Positions 16,514-26,082 of a DNA stretch of 64,000 bases are shown here, one piece after another. Source of the DNA: an uncultured Christensenella sp. Lineage in GTDB: Bacteria; Bacillota; Clostridia; Christensenellales; CAG-917. A program made the position numbers and the translations under genes. The notes under the pieces were generated by a model that saw nothing but the letters and a program-made list of their open reading frames with translations, made no database searches and was not told the DNA's origin. The DNA lies in assembly GCA_910578325.1 (NCBI GenBank), contig CAJTQT010000003.1, forward strand, positions 167,882 through 231,881. The letters are read 5' to 3'. The stretch's first letter is position 1, and every line of letters begins with the position of its first letter.

Positions 16514-19500
16514 TTATACTCTGTCGAAAGCAACGTCGATAACAGAACCGCTCCTGAAAGAATAAACCACTGTTCTGTCAATTTCGGCAGTTATCGCGCT
16601 TTCAATCGCCGTTTTGTACAGATAAAGTTGGTTTTTGTATTTTTCTGCCAGTTTTGCGTCATCCAAACGCGAATACTTGAAATCTACAAGCACCTTTTTG
16701 CCTCCGTCGATAAATAAATCCACGACGCCCTGAACAAGCACTTTGTCCGACGACGTAAACTTTTCGTGCACTTCGTTTGCGGGCTTATACATCATAAACG
16801 ACCGTTCGCGCAGGCACTTGCCTGCAAGCGCCGCTTCTCTGGCAAGTTTTATAACTTCGCTCGACATACATTTTTCGATTACTTCCGCATCTACGCAAGC
16901 GCGCTCCTCTTCGGTCAGAATATTTTCGCCGACCATTCGGGACAGTTCGCACTCCACCGCCTGCCGACCTTCAGCAAACAAATCTATAAACTGCATCACT
17001 TTATGATACGCCGTGCCTTCGTTGGCGGCTTCCTCGTATACCCGAATCGCCGCGTCGTCCTGTCCGTCAATGGAAGATACGCTGTATTTCATCGCAAGCG
17101 ACGTGGCTTCCCCGTATTGATAAACGTGTTCCCTGCCGCGCATAATTGCCTCTACCATACGCGGCTCGGACGGCAATACTCTCCTCGATTTGTCCGCAAC
17201 CGTTTCTTCAAAATCCTCCGCTCCGTGTTTTATGACAGGCACGTCCGCACTGCCGTCGCAAACCGCAGCGGATATAAAATCGAGGTCGCAGGAGGCTCCG
17301 CCTATTCTGCGTACAGTTCCGAACTCCGCGCTCTTTTTCGCGGATACGGATGCGGTGACGTACATCAACTGCTTTGCGCGCGTCAATGCAACGTAAAACA
17401 AACGCATTTCCTCTTTTATGCACTGCACCTTTCCGAGTTTAGCAACCGCGAGCCTCGAAAGTGTACCGTACTTGAACTTGTTCTGAAAATCGAAATATTT
17501 TAAGCCGATATATCCCTTTCCAAAAGCCGTCATATCCCCCGAATCGTAATTAAACCCGTATGCCGCGTCCGCAACGAAAACCACGGGAATCTCCAACCCT
17601 TTGAAAGAATGGAACGTGGAAACGCGCACTCGGTTCCCTCCGCCCGATACCGCTTTACTTTCCGCGCCGTCGCCGTAATCCTGCAAAAATTTTCCGAGCG
17701 AAATACCGTCTCTCGCCGCCGCGCATGCTATAAACGCTTTCAGTCCGAACACGTCCGTCTCTCCCGATTTCGCGATATATGCGTCGTAACAGTAGTCGGA
17801 AAGTATTCCGCTCATAAGATCAGCGGTGCTTTTAAAACTGGCTTTTATACGGTATCCGTCAAGTTCGACAAGAGTGCGTCGTATCTTCTCGGCAAGCGCG
17901 CCGCCCTCCTCTGCACATTCTAAAACCTTGTCGTAAAGGCAGTCGCCGTCGCGTGCGGCAATCACCGCAAGTTCCGCTTCCGAATATCCCCCGAAAAAAG
18001 AAAGCAAATATCCCGCAAGCGGAATGTCCTGTCGGGGATTGTCTATTGTCTGCAACATACAGACAAGTTCGCGTTCCGGACGCGTATCGCTCTTTCCGAA
18101 TACGCCCTCGTCAACGGGAATCCCCGCCGATTTCAACTGTTCAACTATAAGCGACGCTCCTTTGGAACGGCTTCTGAACAGCACCGCGATATCGCCGTAT
18201 TCCATTTTCCTGTCGCCGACCACCGCGTGTCCGACAAGAGTCTTTATCTCGTTTGCTATAAACCTCCCCTCATACCGAGAAGCGCTTATTCCGTCGTCTC
18301 CGCCGTCGTGAGCAGTGATATCGTACAATCCGCCCGCGGTCTTCTTTTCGGATTTTTTATCGGTAAAAATATGCACGCGCACATACCCGTCCGCAGGCGT
18401 TCCGTCGAGTTCGAATGCGGACGTGTTCTTATAATCCACGTCCGCGGACTCCTGCGTCATAACCACGTTAAAAACGCTGTTTACAAAATGAAGTATGGCT
18501 CGCGCGCTTCTGAAATTTCTGTTGAAATCTATCGCAGTGCCTCCTCCGTTTTTATATGTTTCCAGACGCGAGAGGAATATTGTAGGATCAGCGAGACGGA
18601 ACCCGTAAATGCTCTGTTTTACGTCTCCGACCATAAAGCATTCGCCTTTTACGAGACTTGAAATTATAAACTCCTGCGTCGGATTAACGTCCTGATATTC
18701 GTCTACGAAAACCGCGCCATACGCATTTCCCAGTTGCGGATACTCTTTGAGAAGATCAACGGTACATTTCTGTAAATCTTCAAACGAGAGCACGTTGTCC
18801 TGACGCTTAGCCTTTTTCAGTTCTTCGTCAAAACGGCGGGTTAATTCTATGATTTTGCGCACATAAACTGCGTTTTGTTTATGATACTGTTCAAATTTAC
18901 AAAAGTCTTCCGCAACCTGAGCCAGTTCTTCCGCCGCTTCGCGCACCTCGTCGAGATACACTTTCGCCTCGTCGGAAACACGTTTTTCGAAGTCCTGAAT
19001 TTTTACACGTTTGCCGAGGTCGGGTTTTTCGTATCCGCAGGCAAGAGCGCACATTTCTCTGAAAGTCTCCGCGGCTGTTATTTCCTTGCACAGCACCGCG
19101 GCAACCGCAACCGCGGACTTATACTTTTCCAAAGAAGTGTCGCAAAGTCTTTCGGAGATTTCACCGAGTCTGCGCTCCGCTTCACTGAAAAATCCGCAGT
19201 AGTACGCTTTGAGCACACTCATAAACTCGCTGTTACCGAAATCGGAAAAACAGGCTTCCACTTTTTTTTCAAAGTCGTTCCGGTCAGGCTGAATTTCGAT
19301 AAGCGAATGTAATTTTATTATGTTGGCGCGCAGATTTTCTTCCTTGCGCGCCTGAGAAAACATTTCGACAATATCGCCGAACTGTTCGTCGCCGTCCTTT
19401 GAATATTCATCGAAAACACTGTCCAGCGCGGCGTTTTTGTACGCGTTATGGGCTTGCTCGTCAAGCACTTCGAATGTCGGAGAAAGTCCCGTCTTTTCAA

Positions 19501-19930
19501 AGTTCTCTCTGATAAAGTTATTGCAAAAAGCGTGTATCGTACAAATGCGGCAAAACGGAAGTTCGTCAAGTTCACCCCTATATCTTTCCCGCATTTCACC
19601 CCTCGAAGAGCAGGCTCTGTCAAACAGTTCGTGATGCAGCCGTTCTCGCAGTTCGTCCGCGGCGGAGGTGTTGTAGACAAGTATCAGCATATCGCGCATC
19701 GGTATCCCCTCGGCAACCATAAGCATAATGCGCTGTACCATAGTAGAGGTTTTTCCGCTACCCGCCGCCGCCGATACGAGAACTTTACCTTTTGCGAGAA
19801 CCGCCGATTTCTGGTCGTCGGTCAGCAGAAGTTTTCCGTCCTTTTTTAAAACTTCCAGCCTCGCGTCCGAACTCGGCTCAATGTTCGTTGCTTCCCTTTT
19901 ATCAGTAACGATCGAAGTATTCTCAGTCAT
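16514..19930 (-). CDS. addA: ATP-dependent helicase/nuclease subunit A (AddA)
   Basis: Walker A SAAAGSGKTSTM, UvrD-type helicase, C-terminal RecB-type nuclease motif VDLFIDGGKKVLVDFKYSR. I prefer ATG 19930 (MTENTS), which overlaps the addB stop (ATGACTGA). Confidence 0.93.
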   Translation of the reverse strand: MTENTSIVTDKREATNIEPSSDARLEVLKKDGKLLLTDDQKSAVLAKGKVLVSAAAGSGKTSTMVQRIMLMVAEGIPMRDMLILVYNTSAADELRERLHHELFDRACSSRGEMRERYRGELDELPFCRICTIHAFCNNFIRENFEKTGLSPTFEVLDEQAHNAYKNAALDSVFDEYSKDGDEQFGDIVEMFSQARKEENLRANIIKLHSLIEIQPDRNDFEKKVEACFSDFGNSEFMSVLKAYYCGFFSEAERRLGEISERLCDTSLEKYKSAVAVAAVLCKEITAAETFREMCALACGYEKPDLGKRVKIQDFEKRVSDEAKVYLDEVREAAEELAQVAEDFCKFEQYHKQNAVYVRKIIELTRRFDEELKKAKRQDNVLSFEDLQKCTVDLLKEYPQLGNAYGAVFVDEYQDVNPTQEFIISSLVKGECFMVGDVKQSIYGFRLADPTIFLSRLETYKNGGGTAIDFNRNFRSARAILHFVNSVFNVVMTQESADVDYKNTSAFELDGTPADGYVRVHIFTDKKSEKKTAGGLYDITAHDGGDDGISASRYEGRFIANEIKTLVGHAVVGDRKMEYGDIAVLFRSRSKGASLIVEQLKSAGIPVDEGVFGKSDTRPERELVCMLQTIDNPRQDIPLAGYLLSFFGGYSEAELAVIAARDGDCLYDKVLECAEEGGALAEKIRRTLVELDGYRIKASFKSTADLMSGILSDYCYDAYIAKSGETDVFGLKAFIACAAARDGISLGKFLQDYGDGAESKAVSGGGNRVRVSTFHSFKGLEIPVVFVADAAYGFNYDSGDMTAFGKGYIGLKYFDFQNKFKYGTLSRLAVAKLGKVQCIKEEMRLFYVALTRAKQLMYVTASVSAKKSAEFGTVRRIGGASCDLDFISAAVCDGSADVPVIKHGAEDFEETVADKSRRVLPSEPRMVEAIMRGREHVYQYGEATSLAMKYSVSSIDGQDDAAIRVYEEAANEGTAYHKVMQFIDLFAEGRQAVECELSRMVGENILTEEERACVDAEVIEKCMSSEVIKLAREAALAGKCLRERSFMMYKPANEVHEKFTSSDKVLVQGVVDLFIDGGKKVLVDFKYSRLDDAKLAEKYKNQLYLYKTAIESAITAEIDRTVVYSFRSGSVIDVAFDRV

Positions 19931-22900
19931 TATCCTTTTCCGCCTCCTGCGTATCGGAAACAAAAGACTCCGCCGTTGCCTTAGAAGTCTTGCGCTCGCA
20001 ACAGTCTTTATACGCGCATATCTGAGCGTATCTGCATTTTTTACAGGCGTCTTTAAGCGGCGACGGCTTGATGTATCCGTTTATGATTTCTTCCGCGCCT
20101 TTCGCCGCAAGCCGAACCGCATAGTCTCCGAGCGTATCGAATCCTTTTTTTGAAAGATGCACCTCCGGATTGAGTTCTCCTCTGGCGTTTACTTTATACG
20201 GGATTACCGCCGACTGCGGCTCGTCAACCACCGCGCTGTCCAACCGCGCCAGAGTTTCCAGACTGTCCGTCGCCTGTCCCTTGTACTTATACCTGCCCGT
20301 GCTTTCTTCCGTGAATCCCGCGAATATCGGCAGATAAAACACCCCCGCGGGTTCCGCATTCAGGCTGTTTTCAACTGCCCGCATATAGATGTATAACTGG
20401 ATTTTCTGCCCGTAGTAAAGTTCTTTCAACGTCAGATCCGCACTTTTGTATGTCTTATAATCGATAATGGCAAATTTACCGTCGCAAGTATCGATTCTGT
20501 CAATCGTACCTTTGAGCGCGATTTTCCTATCTCCGACCGTCAGAGACATAGGTTTTATCCCCTTTTCGCCTATCTTCGCTTCAAGCAACGCAGGCTTGAA
20601 TTCGGAACGCATACTAATGTCGTACAGGTCTTCACATACTCTTGCGCCCTCTTCTTTCACACGCAACAACTGCCTTCCCGAGTCCGCTTTTTCAAGCAGA
20701 ACTTCAAAGCCGTTTTCCTTTATCGCACTTTCAAAATAGGCATATGCCTTTTGGCGTATCACGCCCCTGTCAGAAATCCTGCCGTCTCTCATATCCGTAA
20801 AAAACTTTTCGAGAACATAGTGCAAAACCGTGCCGTTTTCCGTCCCCTCCGCGCGTCCGTCTTTTCTTTTGCGCAAGGAAAGAATATAGTTGAAATAATG
20901 CGAATAAGGACAGTTAAAAAACGTTTCGAGTCGGCTTACGCTCGTACTCTCTGCAAAATATGCGTCGGCAGGAAGCGGAATCCTCTCGGGTTCGTCGTAC
21001 AGTGATTCGAGTTTATTTCTGTCCGTTTCCGCCATACAGGCAAAAGCCGAGCCGTACACCGCGTTCTCGGTAAGCGGAGCGCGCCCCGACACCGCGTTTC
21101 GGAGCACTTCGGCATAACAACTCTTCTCGGTTGCGAAAAGTTTGGACGCGATATCGTACTTTCCATCGCCGAGTTCGGACAGATTTCCGAAATCCACGCG
21201 CTTGATTTCGATAGGTTTTCCGTTTTCGTTGAGCATACCTCTGAGTTCGGACACAACAGTAGACGGCCGCAGATTCCCGCCCCCGCCGGTTTCAGGAAAA
21301 CTCACCGTCAGTTTGCCGTGAGTCTTCTTCATAAGGTCGCAGATAAAATACTTCTCTGTCATAGATTTCTGACGTTCGTTCGGGGTAATCTCGATGCCGA
21401 GTTTTGCAAAATATTCCTCGTCCTTCGGAGATACGACAACGCCCCCGCCCGTCTGTTTCGGAAGTTTATCGTTAGTAGCGCCGATAACGTAGACATCGCC
21501 CAGTCCCATAAATCTGCTGTCGCCGTCGCCGACAAAAACGCAATCCAGATAAGTGGGTACAAGCGCGATTTTCAGAGTTTTCAACATTGACTTGAACACG
21601 CTTTCAAACCCCGCAAGGTCAGTTTCGTAATCGAGCACTTCGTCTATTTCCGAAAGTACGGAATCGAGTTTGCTGTCGACCTGTTCGGCGCATTTGCGAT
21701 AGTACGCGCTGAGTGCGGAGAGTTTCTCGACGTGCTGTCGCCACGCTTCCTCCGCTCCGTCCAGAAATTTTCTCGCGGCTTTGACAAATGACGAGATATT
21801 GCACTCCTGCGCACTGTTGAAACAGGAAAGCGCAAAAAGCAAGGATTTGCGTACCTTTTCCGGAACGTCATTTTCACGAATATCCGTTTTATCGGGTTTA
21901 TTTATACTTTTAAAACTGCCTTTTCGCAAACTGTTATCTTGACAAAGAGTAAATTCCGAGAAGAAACGCGACCTGTCTATATTGTATTTGAGAATATAGT
22001 TTTCAAACAGAAACACATCGTTTTCTCCGCCTTCGAGAATATACGAAAAAAGCGGATTCTTTACAAAATCCAACGCTTCTCTTCGCCTGAATCCGCTGCG
22101 TACGCAGGCAATCGCGTCTAAAATATAACGCACTTTCGTCTGCTCGGAAAGCAGTTCCTTTTTATCTATAAAAAACGGAATGCCGTAACGGGTAAAAACC
22201 GATTTTATCTCCGATTCGTAGTCTGCAACGTCGCTGGCATATATTTCAAAATCTCTGTATCTTCTGCCCTCTCTCACTTTCCCGACAATGTCAACGGCAA
22301 GCGCAAGCACTTCCTTAAATCGGTCGCCGCTTTTACGAAGTTCAACTTTGCCTCCATTTTCTACAGGTTCGTATCCGTATGAGAAAAGTCCTTTGGAAAT
22401 CGCCTCCGTCGCAGGTTCGAGACGCTCGTCGTTGCGCTCTATTTCAACCTTATCAGCACAAATATTTTTAAGTTTGGCAATAACTCTGTCGGGATATATT
22501 CGGCGGTTTGGATTGTCATAACCGCTTGTAAGACCTATAGTCAGCGACATAGCGTTGTCCGCCAACCTCGCCAGTATTTCGAGTTCGGGAGCGGAAAACT
22601 CATATATGTCCGTACAGTAAAAATGCGTAGTCGCAACGCTTTGAGGATTCGTTTTTATATACTCTGCCAGTGCGTAGAGCCGTGTGGAGGAATCGCTGTG
22701 TCTGCCTTCGAGAGCGGCGGAATAGCCGTCGTATATGAGCGCGATATCGTGAGTTTTTGCGCGTAAAGACGGAGTGAGTTTATCGCTGTTCTCTTTGAGC
22801 GTTTGGGTGGATATGCCGCTGTTCCTCAACGCCGTCAGCGCGGCATAGAGTTCGCTGGCAAATCCCTCCGTCATACACGCATTGCCGTAGTATTCGAGTT

Positions 22901-23186
22901 TGTCGCGGTTGTCTGCGATAACTTTGCCTATCAGCATAACCGAACCCTCGGGTGTAAGACACTTCTTTATATCTTTTCCGACAAGTCTGTCGGCAAGTCT
23001 TGTAAACGACATAACTTCTATGCCGAAAGTGCTCTCGATTTCAAGCGAAGATATGAGTCCTCTTTCCACCGACGCGGTAAATCTGTCGGGAGCAATGACT
23101 ATATTGTTCTCGCCCAACCTATTTTTCAGATGTTTTAGAACTCCCCTGTACGCATAACGGGAGGTATTTGAAACGACTATTTTCAT
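19923..23186 (-). CDS. addB: ATP-dependent helicase/nuclease subunit B (AddB), degenerate N-terminal Walker A
   Basis: C-terminal nuclease motif GTIDRIDTCDGKFAIIDYKT. Fe-S cysteines FFNCPYSHYF ... CKKCRYAQIC. I prefer ATG 23186 (MKIVVSN), not the track start 23252, because a consensus promoter lies inside the extension. Confidence 0.9.
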   Translation of the reverse strand: MKIVVSNTSRYAYRGVLKHLKNRLGENNIVIAPDRFTASVERGLISSLEIESTFGIEVMSFTRLADRLVGKDIKKCLTPEGSVMLIGKVIADNRDKLEYYGNACMTEGFASELYAALTALRNSGISTQTLKENSDKLTPSLRAKTHDIALIYDGYSAALEGRHSDSSTRLYALAEYIKTNPQSVATTHFYCTDIYEFSAPELEILARLADNAMSLTIGLTSGYDNPNRRIYPDRVIAKLKNICADKVEIERNDERLEPATEAISKGLFSYGYEPVENGGKVELRKSGDRFKEVLALAVDIVGKVREGRRYRDFEIYASDVADYESEIKSVFTRYGIPFFIDKKELLSEQTKVRYILDAIACVRSGFRRREALDFVKNPLFSYILEGGENDVFLFENYILKYNIDRSRFFSEFTLCQDNSLRKGSFKSINKPDKTDIRENDVPEKVRKSLLFALSCFNSAQECNISSFVKAARKFLDGAEEAWRQHVEKLSALSAYYRKCAEQVDSKLDSVLSEIDEVLDYETDLAGFESVFKSMLKTLKIALVPTYLDCVFVGDGDSRFMGLGDVYVIGATNDKLPKQTGGGVVVSPKDEEYFAKLGIEITPNERQKSMTEKYFICDLMKKTHGKLTVSFPETGGGGNLRPSTVVSELRGMLNENGKPIEIKRVDFGNLSELGDGKYDIASKLFATEKSCYAEVLRNAVSGRAPLTENAVYGSAFACMAETDRNKLESLYDEPERIPLPADAYFAESTSVSRLETFFNCPYSHYFNYILSLRKRKDGRAEGTENGTVLHYVLEKFFTDMRDGRISDRGVIRQKAYAYFESAIKENGFEVLLEKADSGRQLLRVKEEGARVCEDLYDISMRSEFKPALLEAKIGEKGIKPMSLTVGDRKIALKGTIDRIDTCDGKFAIIDYKTYKSADLTLKELYYGQKIQLYIYMRAVENSLNAEPAGVFYLPIFAGFTEESTGRYKYKGQATDSLETLARLDSAVVDEPQSAVIPYKVNARGELNPEVHLSKKGFDTLGDYAVRLAAKGAEEIINGYIKPSPLKDACKKCRYAQICAYKDCCERKTSKATAESFVSDTQEAEKDND

Positions 23187-23192
23187 ACTTCG

Positions 23193-23221
23193 ATTATAAC
23201 AGCACCGACGTACCATTTCAA
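23193..23221 (-). promoter_or_regulatory. Near-consensus promoter 6 nt upstream of the addB ATG (leaderless candidate)
   Basis: On the minus strand: TTGAAA (23221-23216), 17 nt, TGtTATAAT (-10 at 23198-23193), cgaagt, ATG (23186). No SD. Confidence 0.55.
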
Positions 23222-23373
23222 TCCCATAGCGGAAATAAATAAAAATTAACAATTTTTATTTATTTAAAGTTATATTATGGATATAAATCATACAAAAGCC
23301 ACAGTTTTAACCGCGAAATTGCGGGCTTATCTGACAAAAACGCATTTCATATAAACAATTGACCGCGATTTAA

Positions 23374-23401
23374 TTGCGGATATCTTTTTTTATGTTATAA
23401 T
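23374..23401 (+). promoter_or_regulatory. Extended -10 promoter 7 nt upstream of the lipoprotein ATG (leaderless candidate)
   Basis: TTGCGG (23374-23379), 16 nt, TGtTATAAT (-10 at 23396-23401), tacagat, ATG 23409. No SD. Confidence 0.55.
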
Positions 23402-23408
23402 TACAGAT

Positions 23409-24293
23409 ATGAAAAAGACTGTACTGATTATATTCGTAGTGGCAATGGTCGCCGTGCTCGGCGTCGGGCTGACTGCGTGCAACAACGCGACTCCGCAAGG
23501 GCAACTTGCAAACCTGCTCACCGACCACAATCACGAGACCTTTGTCTATGACGTTGTAAACACCAAAGACAATTCGACTGGCGTTTACACCGTAAATCTC
23601 GACGCGTTCAATAAGGACGCAACCGTTGAATTCGGCAACCGCACTCTCGAAAACGTACAAAAAGGCATCCGCGTTCAAGGCGAACTCGTTTTCGGAAATA
23701 CTAAGTATGTTATGGGTTGCTATTACAACCTCGTAAGCGGCACAAGTTTTATGACGCCTGCTTATTCTTTCCGTACCGTTACTGTTGACGGAACGCAGAC
23801 GTTCTCTATGCAAGGCAGATATGTCGGAGGCTCGTTCGAATGCGAACGCTATATCGGCGAAGACACTCTTCTCAACTCCGTAAAAGCAAGCGGCACCGTT
23901 TTCGACAATAACCAGTTTCAACAGGTTCTGCGCTCGGTAACCACTTTCGGCTCGGGACTTACACTGTCATTCACGACGCCGATAGCGTCCGCTACCACCG
24001 TGACCACGGCGTCGCTTACGGCAAATTGCTCTTCTACGGCTAAAATCAAGGATACTGGATATACCGATTCCGTCGAGGATTTGAAAGAAGAAGGCATCGA
24101 CTGCTACGTGGTTTATATCTCCCGCGCGACCGAAGTCAAAGGAATGTCTCAAACTCTTTACTATGCCGTAGACAATATCAAAGTACAAGGCTGGTCGATG
24201 AAAAACGTACTCGTCAGAATCGTCGAGCCGTTTACTTCCGACGGCAAAAGATACGATATGGTCTATTCCCTGAAAACCGCAACTCTCTCATAA
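23409..24293 (+). CDS. Lipoprotein of unknown function
   Basis: Signal peptide with lipobox: MKKTVLIIFVVAMVAVLGVGLTAC|NN. No recognisable domain. Confidence 0.8.
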   Translation: MKKTVLIIFVVAMVAVLGVGLTACNNATPQGQLANLLTDHNHETFVYDVVNTKDNSTGVYTVNLDAFNKDATVEFGNRTLENVQKGIRVQGELVFGNTKYVMGCYYNLVSGTSFMTPAYSFRTVTVDGTQTFSMQGRYVGGSFECERYIGEDTLLNSVKASGTVFDNNQFQQVLRSVTTFGSGLTLSFTTPIASATTVTTASLTANCSSTAKIKDTGYTDSVEDLKEEGIDCYVVYISRATEVKGMSQTLYYAVDNIKVQGWSMKNVLVRIVEPFTSDGKRYDMVYSLKTATLS

Positions 24294-24296
24294 TAT

Positions 24297-24321
24297 AAGG
24301 CGCGCCGCAGCGCGCCTTTTT
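24297..24321 (+). terminator. Rho-independent terminator
   Basis: aaggcgcgc-cgca-gcgcgcctt followed by ttt. Confidence 0.85.
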
Positions 24322-24503
24322 AATAAATAAATTTATGTCGTTATAATTCTAATATTTAAATATAACCGTAAGCATCTATAACCCAGATTTATATAACTCA
24401 TATTATTATTTAGTATCTATATTATATAGCATATAATTATTATGTATTATATATATAACATATTACTAACCTAAAACTAACCTATAAATCAGTAGCATAA
24501 AGG

Positions 24504-24818
24504 TTATTTTTTCTTTTTCTTAGGCTCGGGCAAATCATCCGCAATTGCCGCTAATAAATTCCCTAAAAAATCTTTATCGCAAATGTTTTCCACCAACAGC
24601 GCAGGTTTAGCACCCTCGTAAGGCAATCCGTACTCTGCATTCGGCAATAAGCCCAGTGCGGCAGGAGTAGGTTTTACCAACAACCTTTCGTTATAAACTC
24701 CGCCTATCACTTTCCCCTTGCAATATACAACGTATTCCCCCATCATAGCCCTGCACGACACCTCGCGCTCAACAAGTCCGCTCATTAGACTTTCCATATA
24801 CTCTTTCGAAGTAGCCAC
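24504..24818 (-). CDS. TfoX N-terminal domain protein
   Basis: GTG start with GGGAGG 6 nt upstream. VSCRAMMGEYVVYCKGKVIGGVYNERLLVKPT...LPYEGAKPALLVE fits the TfoX_N pattern as I remember it. Confidence 0.65.
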   Translation of the reverse strand: MATSKEYMESLMSGLVEREVSCRAMMGEYVVYCKGKVIGGVYNERLLVKPTPAALGLLPNAEYGLPYEGAKPALLVENICDKDFLGNLLAAIADDLPEPKKKKK

Positions 24819-24940
24819 TAATCGCCTCCCGCTTATATTACTGACGATATTTTAACATAAAAGTTTTTCGAGTTCAATAAATAGTTTTTTTAGCCGCATA
24901 TTTATGTTATAATAGCAAAAACATCAATAGAGAGGTGTTT

Positions 24941-25411
24941 ATGACGACAGACGAAAAATTTATGTTGCACGCTATCGAACTTTCAAAACTCGCAGTCGAG
25001 CACGGCAACGAGCCATTCGGCGCGCTACTTGTAAAAGACGGAGAGATAGTTTTCACAAACGAAAATCAAATCTACTCTGCAAACGACCCCACGTTTCACG
25101 CAGAAGCAGGACTGCTCAGAAGATTTTGCGCCCAGACGTCAATCGTTGATTTGAGCGAATATACACTGTATTCCAGTTGCGAACCTTGCTTTATGTGCTC
25201 AGGCGCAATGGTATGGATGAAACTGGGCAGACTCGTATACGGAGCAAGCAATGTAGATTTGAGCCAAATACTCAATGAAGAAGGTTGCGAGTGCAGCGAG
25301 ATGGTTTTCAAAAATTCGCCTTATCATCAACCGAGTGTTACCGCGGGAGTGTTGCGAGATAAAGCGGTGGATGTTCTGAAAAACTATTTCTCTCAAAACG
25401 GAAAAGGCTGA
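24941..25411 (+). CDS. CDA-fold nucleoside deaminase (guanine deaminase / TadA-like)
   Basis: Zinc motifs HAE (DPTFHAEAG) and CEPCFMC. NEPFGALLVKDG resembles B. subtilis GuaD. ATG 24941 lies after AGAGG. Confidence 0.8.
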   Translation: MTTDEKFMLHAIELSKLAVEHGNEPFGALLVKDGEIVFTNENQIYSANDPTFHAEAGLLRRFCAQTSIVDLSEYTLYSSCEPCFMCSGAMVWMKLGRLVYGASNVDLSQILNEEGCECSEMVFKNSPYHQPSVTAGVLRDKAVDVLKNYFSQNGKG

Positions 25412-25467
25412 AAATATAACAAATTAAGCAAATATACAAAAAACTGTGTTCAACAATAAAAAAATTG

Positions 25468-25496
25468 TTGCAATTTTGTCGTAAATTTGGTATAGT
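25468..25496 (+). promoter_or_regulatory. Promoter of the tRNA operon
   Basis: TTGCAA (25468-25473), 17 nt, TATAGT (25491-25496), ~10 nt before the tRNA-Gly 5' end. Confidence 0.65.
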
Positions 25497-25506
25497 ATCA
25501 ATGCTC

Positions 25507-25581
25507 GCGGGAGTGACTCAGTGGTAGAGTGTCACCTTGCCAAGGTGAAAGTCGCGGGTCCGAATCCCGTCTCCCGCTCCA
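25507..25581 (+). tRNA. tRNA-Gly (anticodon GCC), CCA encoded
   Basis: Hand-folded cloverleaf: acceptor gcgggag/ctcccgc, anticodon stem tcacc/ggtga, loop ttGCCaa, T-loop tccgaat, 3' tCCA. Confidence 0.9.
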
Positions 25582-25661
25582 CTTGCTGTGGCATATTGCC
25601 ACAGCAAATTGATATCTGACAGCGACGATGACCGCAAGTTGCGTATTTGTCGCAGAAGATT

Positions 25662-25737
25662 GCATCCTTAGCTCAGTTGGTAGAGCAACTGACTCTTAAT
25701 CAGTGGGTCCAGGGTTCGAGTCCCTGAGGATGCACCA
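25662..25737 (+). tRNA. tRNA-Lys (anticodon CTT), CCA encoded
   Basis: Acceptor gcatcct/aggatgc, D-arm gctcagttggtagagc, anticodon stem actga/tcagt, loop ctCTTaa, T-arm caggg-ttcgagt-ccctg. Confidence 0.9.
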
Positions 25738-25791
25738 AAAGAAGCCTCTGTTCGGTTGCCTTTTGAGGCGCAAAACGGGGGCTTTTTACTT

Positions 25792-25874
25792 GCAGATGTG
25801 GTGGAATTGGCAGACACGCTGGATTTAGGTTCCAGTGCGCAAGCGTATGAGTTCGAGTCTCTTCATCTGCACCA
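25792..25874 (+). tRNA. tRNA-Leu (anticodon TAG), long variable arm, CCA encoded
   Basis: Acceptor gcagatg/catctgc, anticodon stem ctgga/tccag, loop ttTAGgt, long variable arm, T-loop ttcgagt. Confidence 0.85.
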
Positions 25875-25875
25875 C

Positions 25876-26082
25876 TCGAAAATGCACGTTGACATAACGT
25901 GCTTTTCTTTTTAAAAAGCACGAGTATGCCGCGTGCATTTTCTCGTCGCTTCGCGCAAATGAATATTTGCTATCAATACAGTGTATCGTTGTAAACAACA
26001 AGAAGTGTTCCGCATATTCATTTGCTTGATGGCGCACTGCGGGCGCTTAAATCAATTCAGAGTTTTCGTACTAATAACACAT
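25876..26082 (+). repeat. Tandem unit copy 1 (~208 bp) starting right after tRNA-Leu
   Basis: Contains the 45-nt core ttttctttttaaaaagcacgagtatgccgcgtgcattttctcgtc (25903-25947), identical to 26111-26155, plus a 12-bp inverted repeat gcaaatgaatat / atattcatttgc (25955-25966 / 26014-26025). Confidence 0.85.
25884..25912 (+). terminator. Terminator of the tRNA operon
   Basis: Stem gcacgtt/aacgtgc (25884-25890 / 25896-25902) followed by ttttcttttt. Confidence 0.75.
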
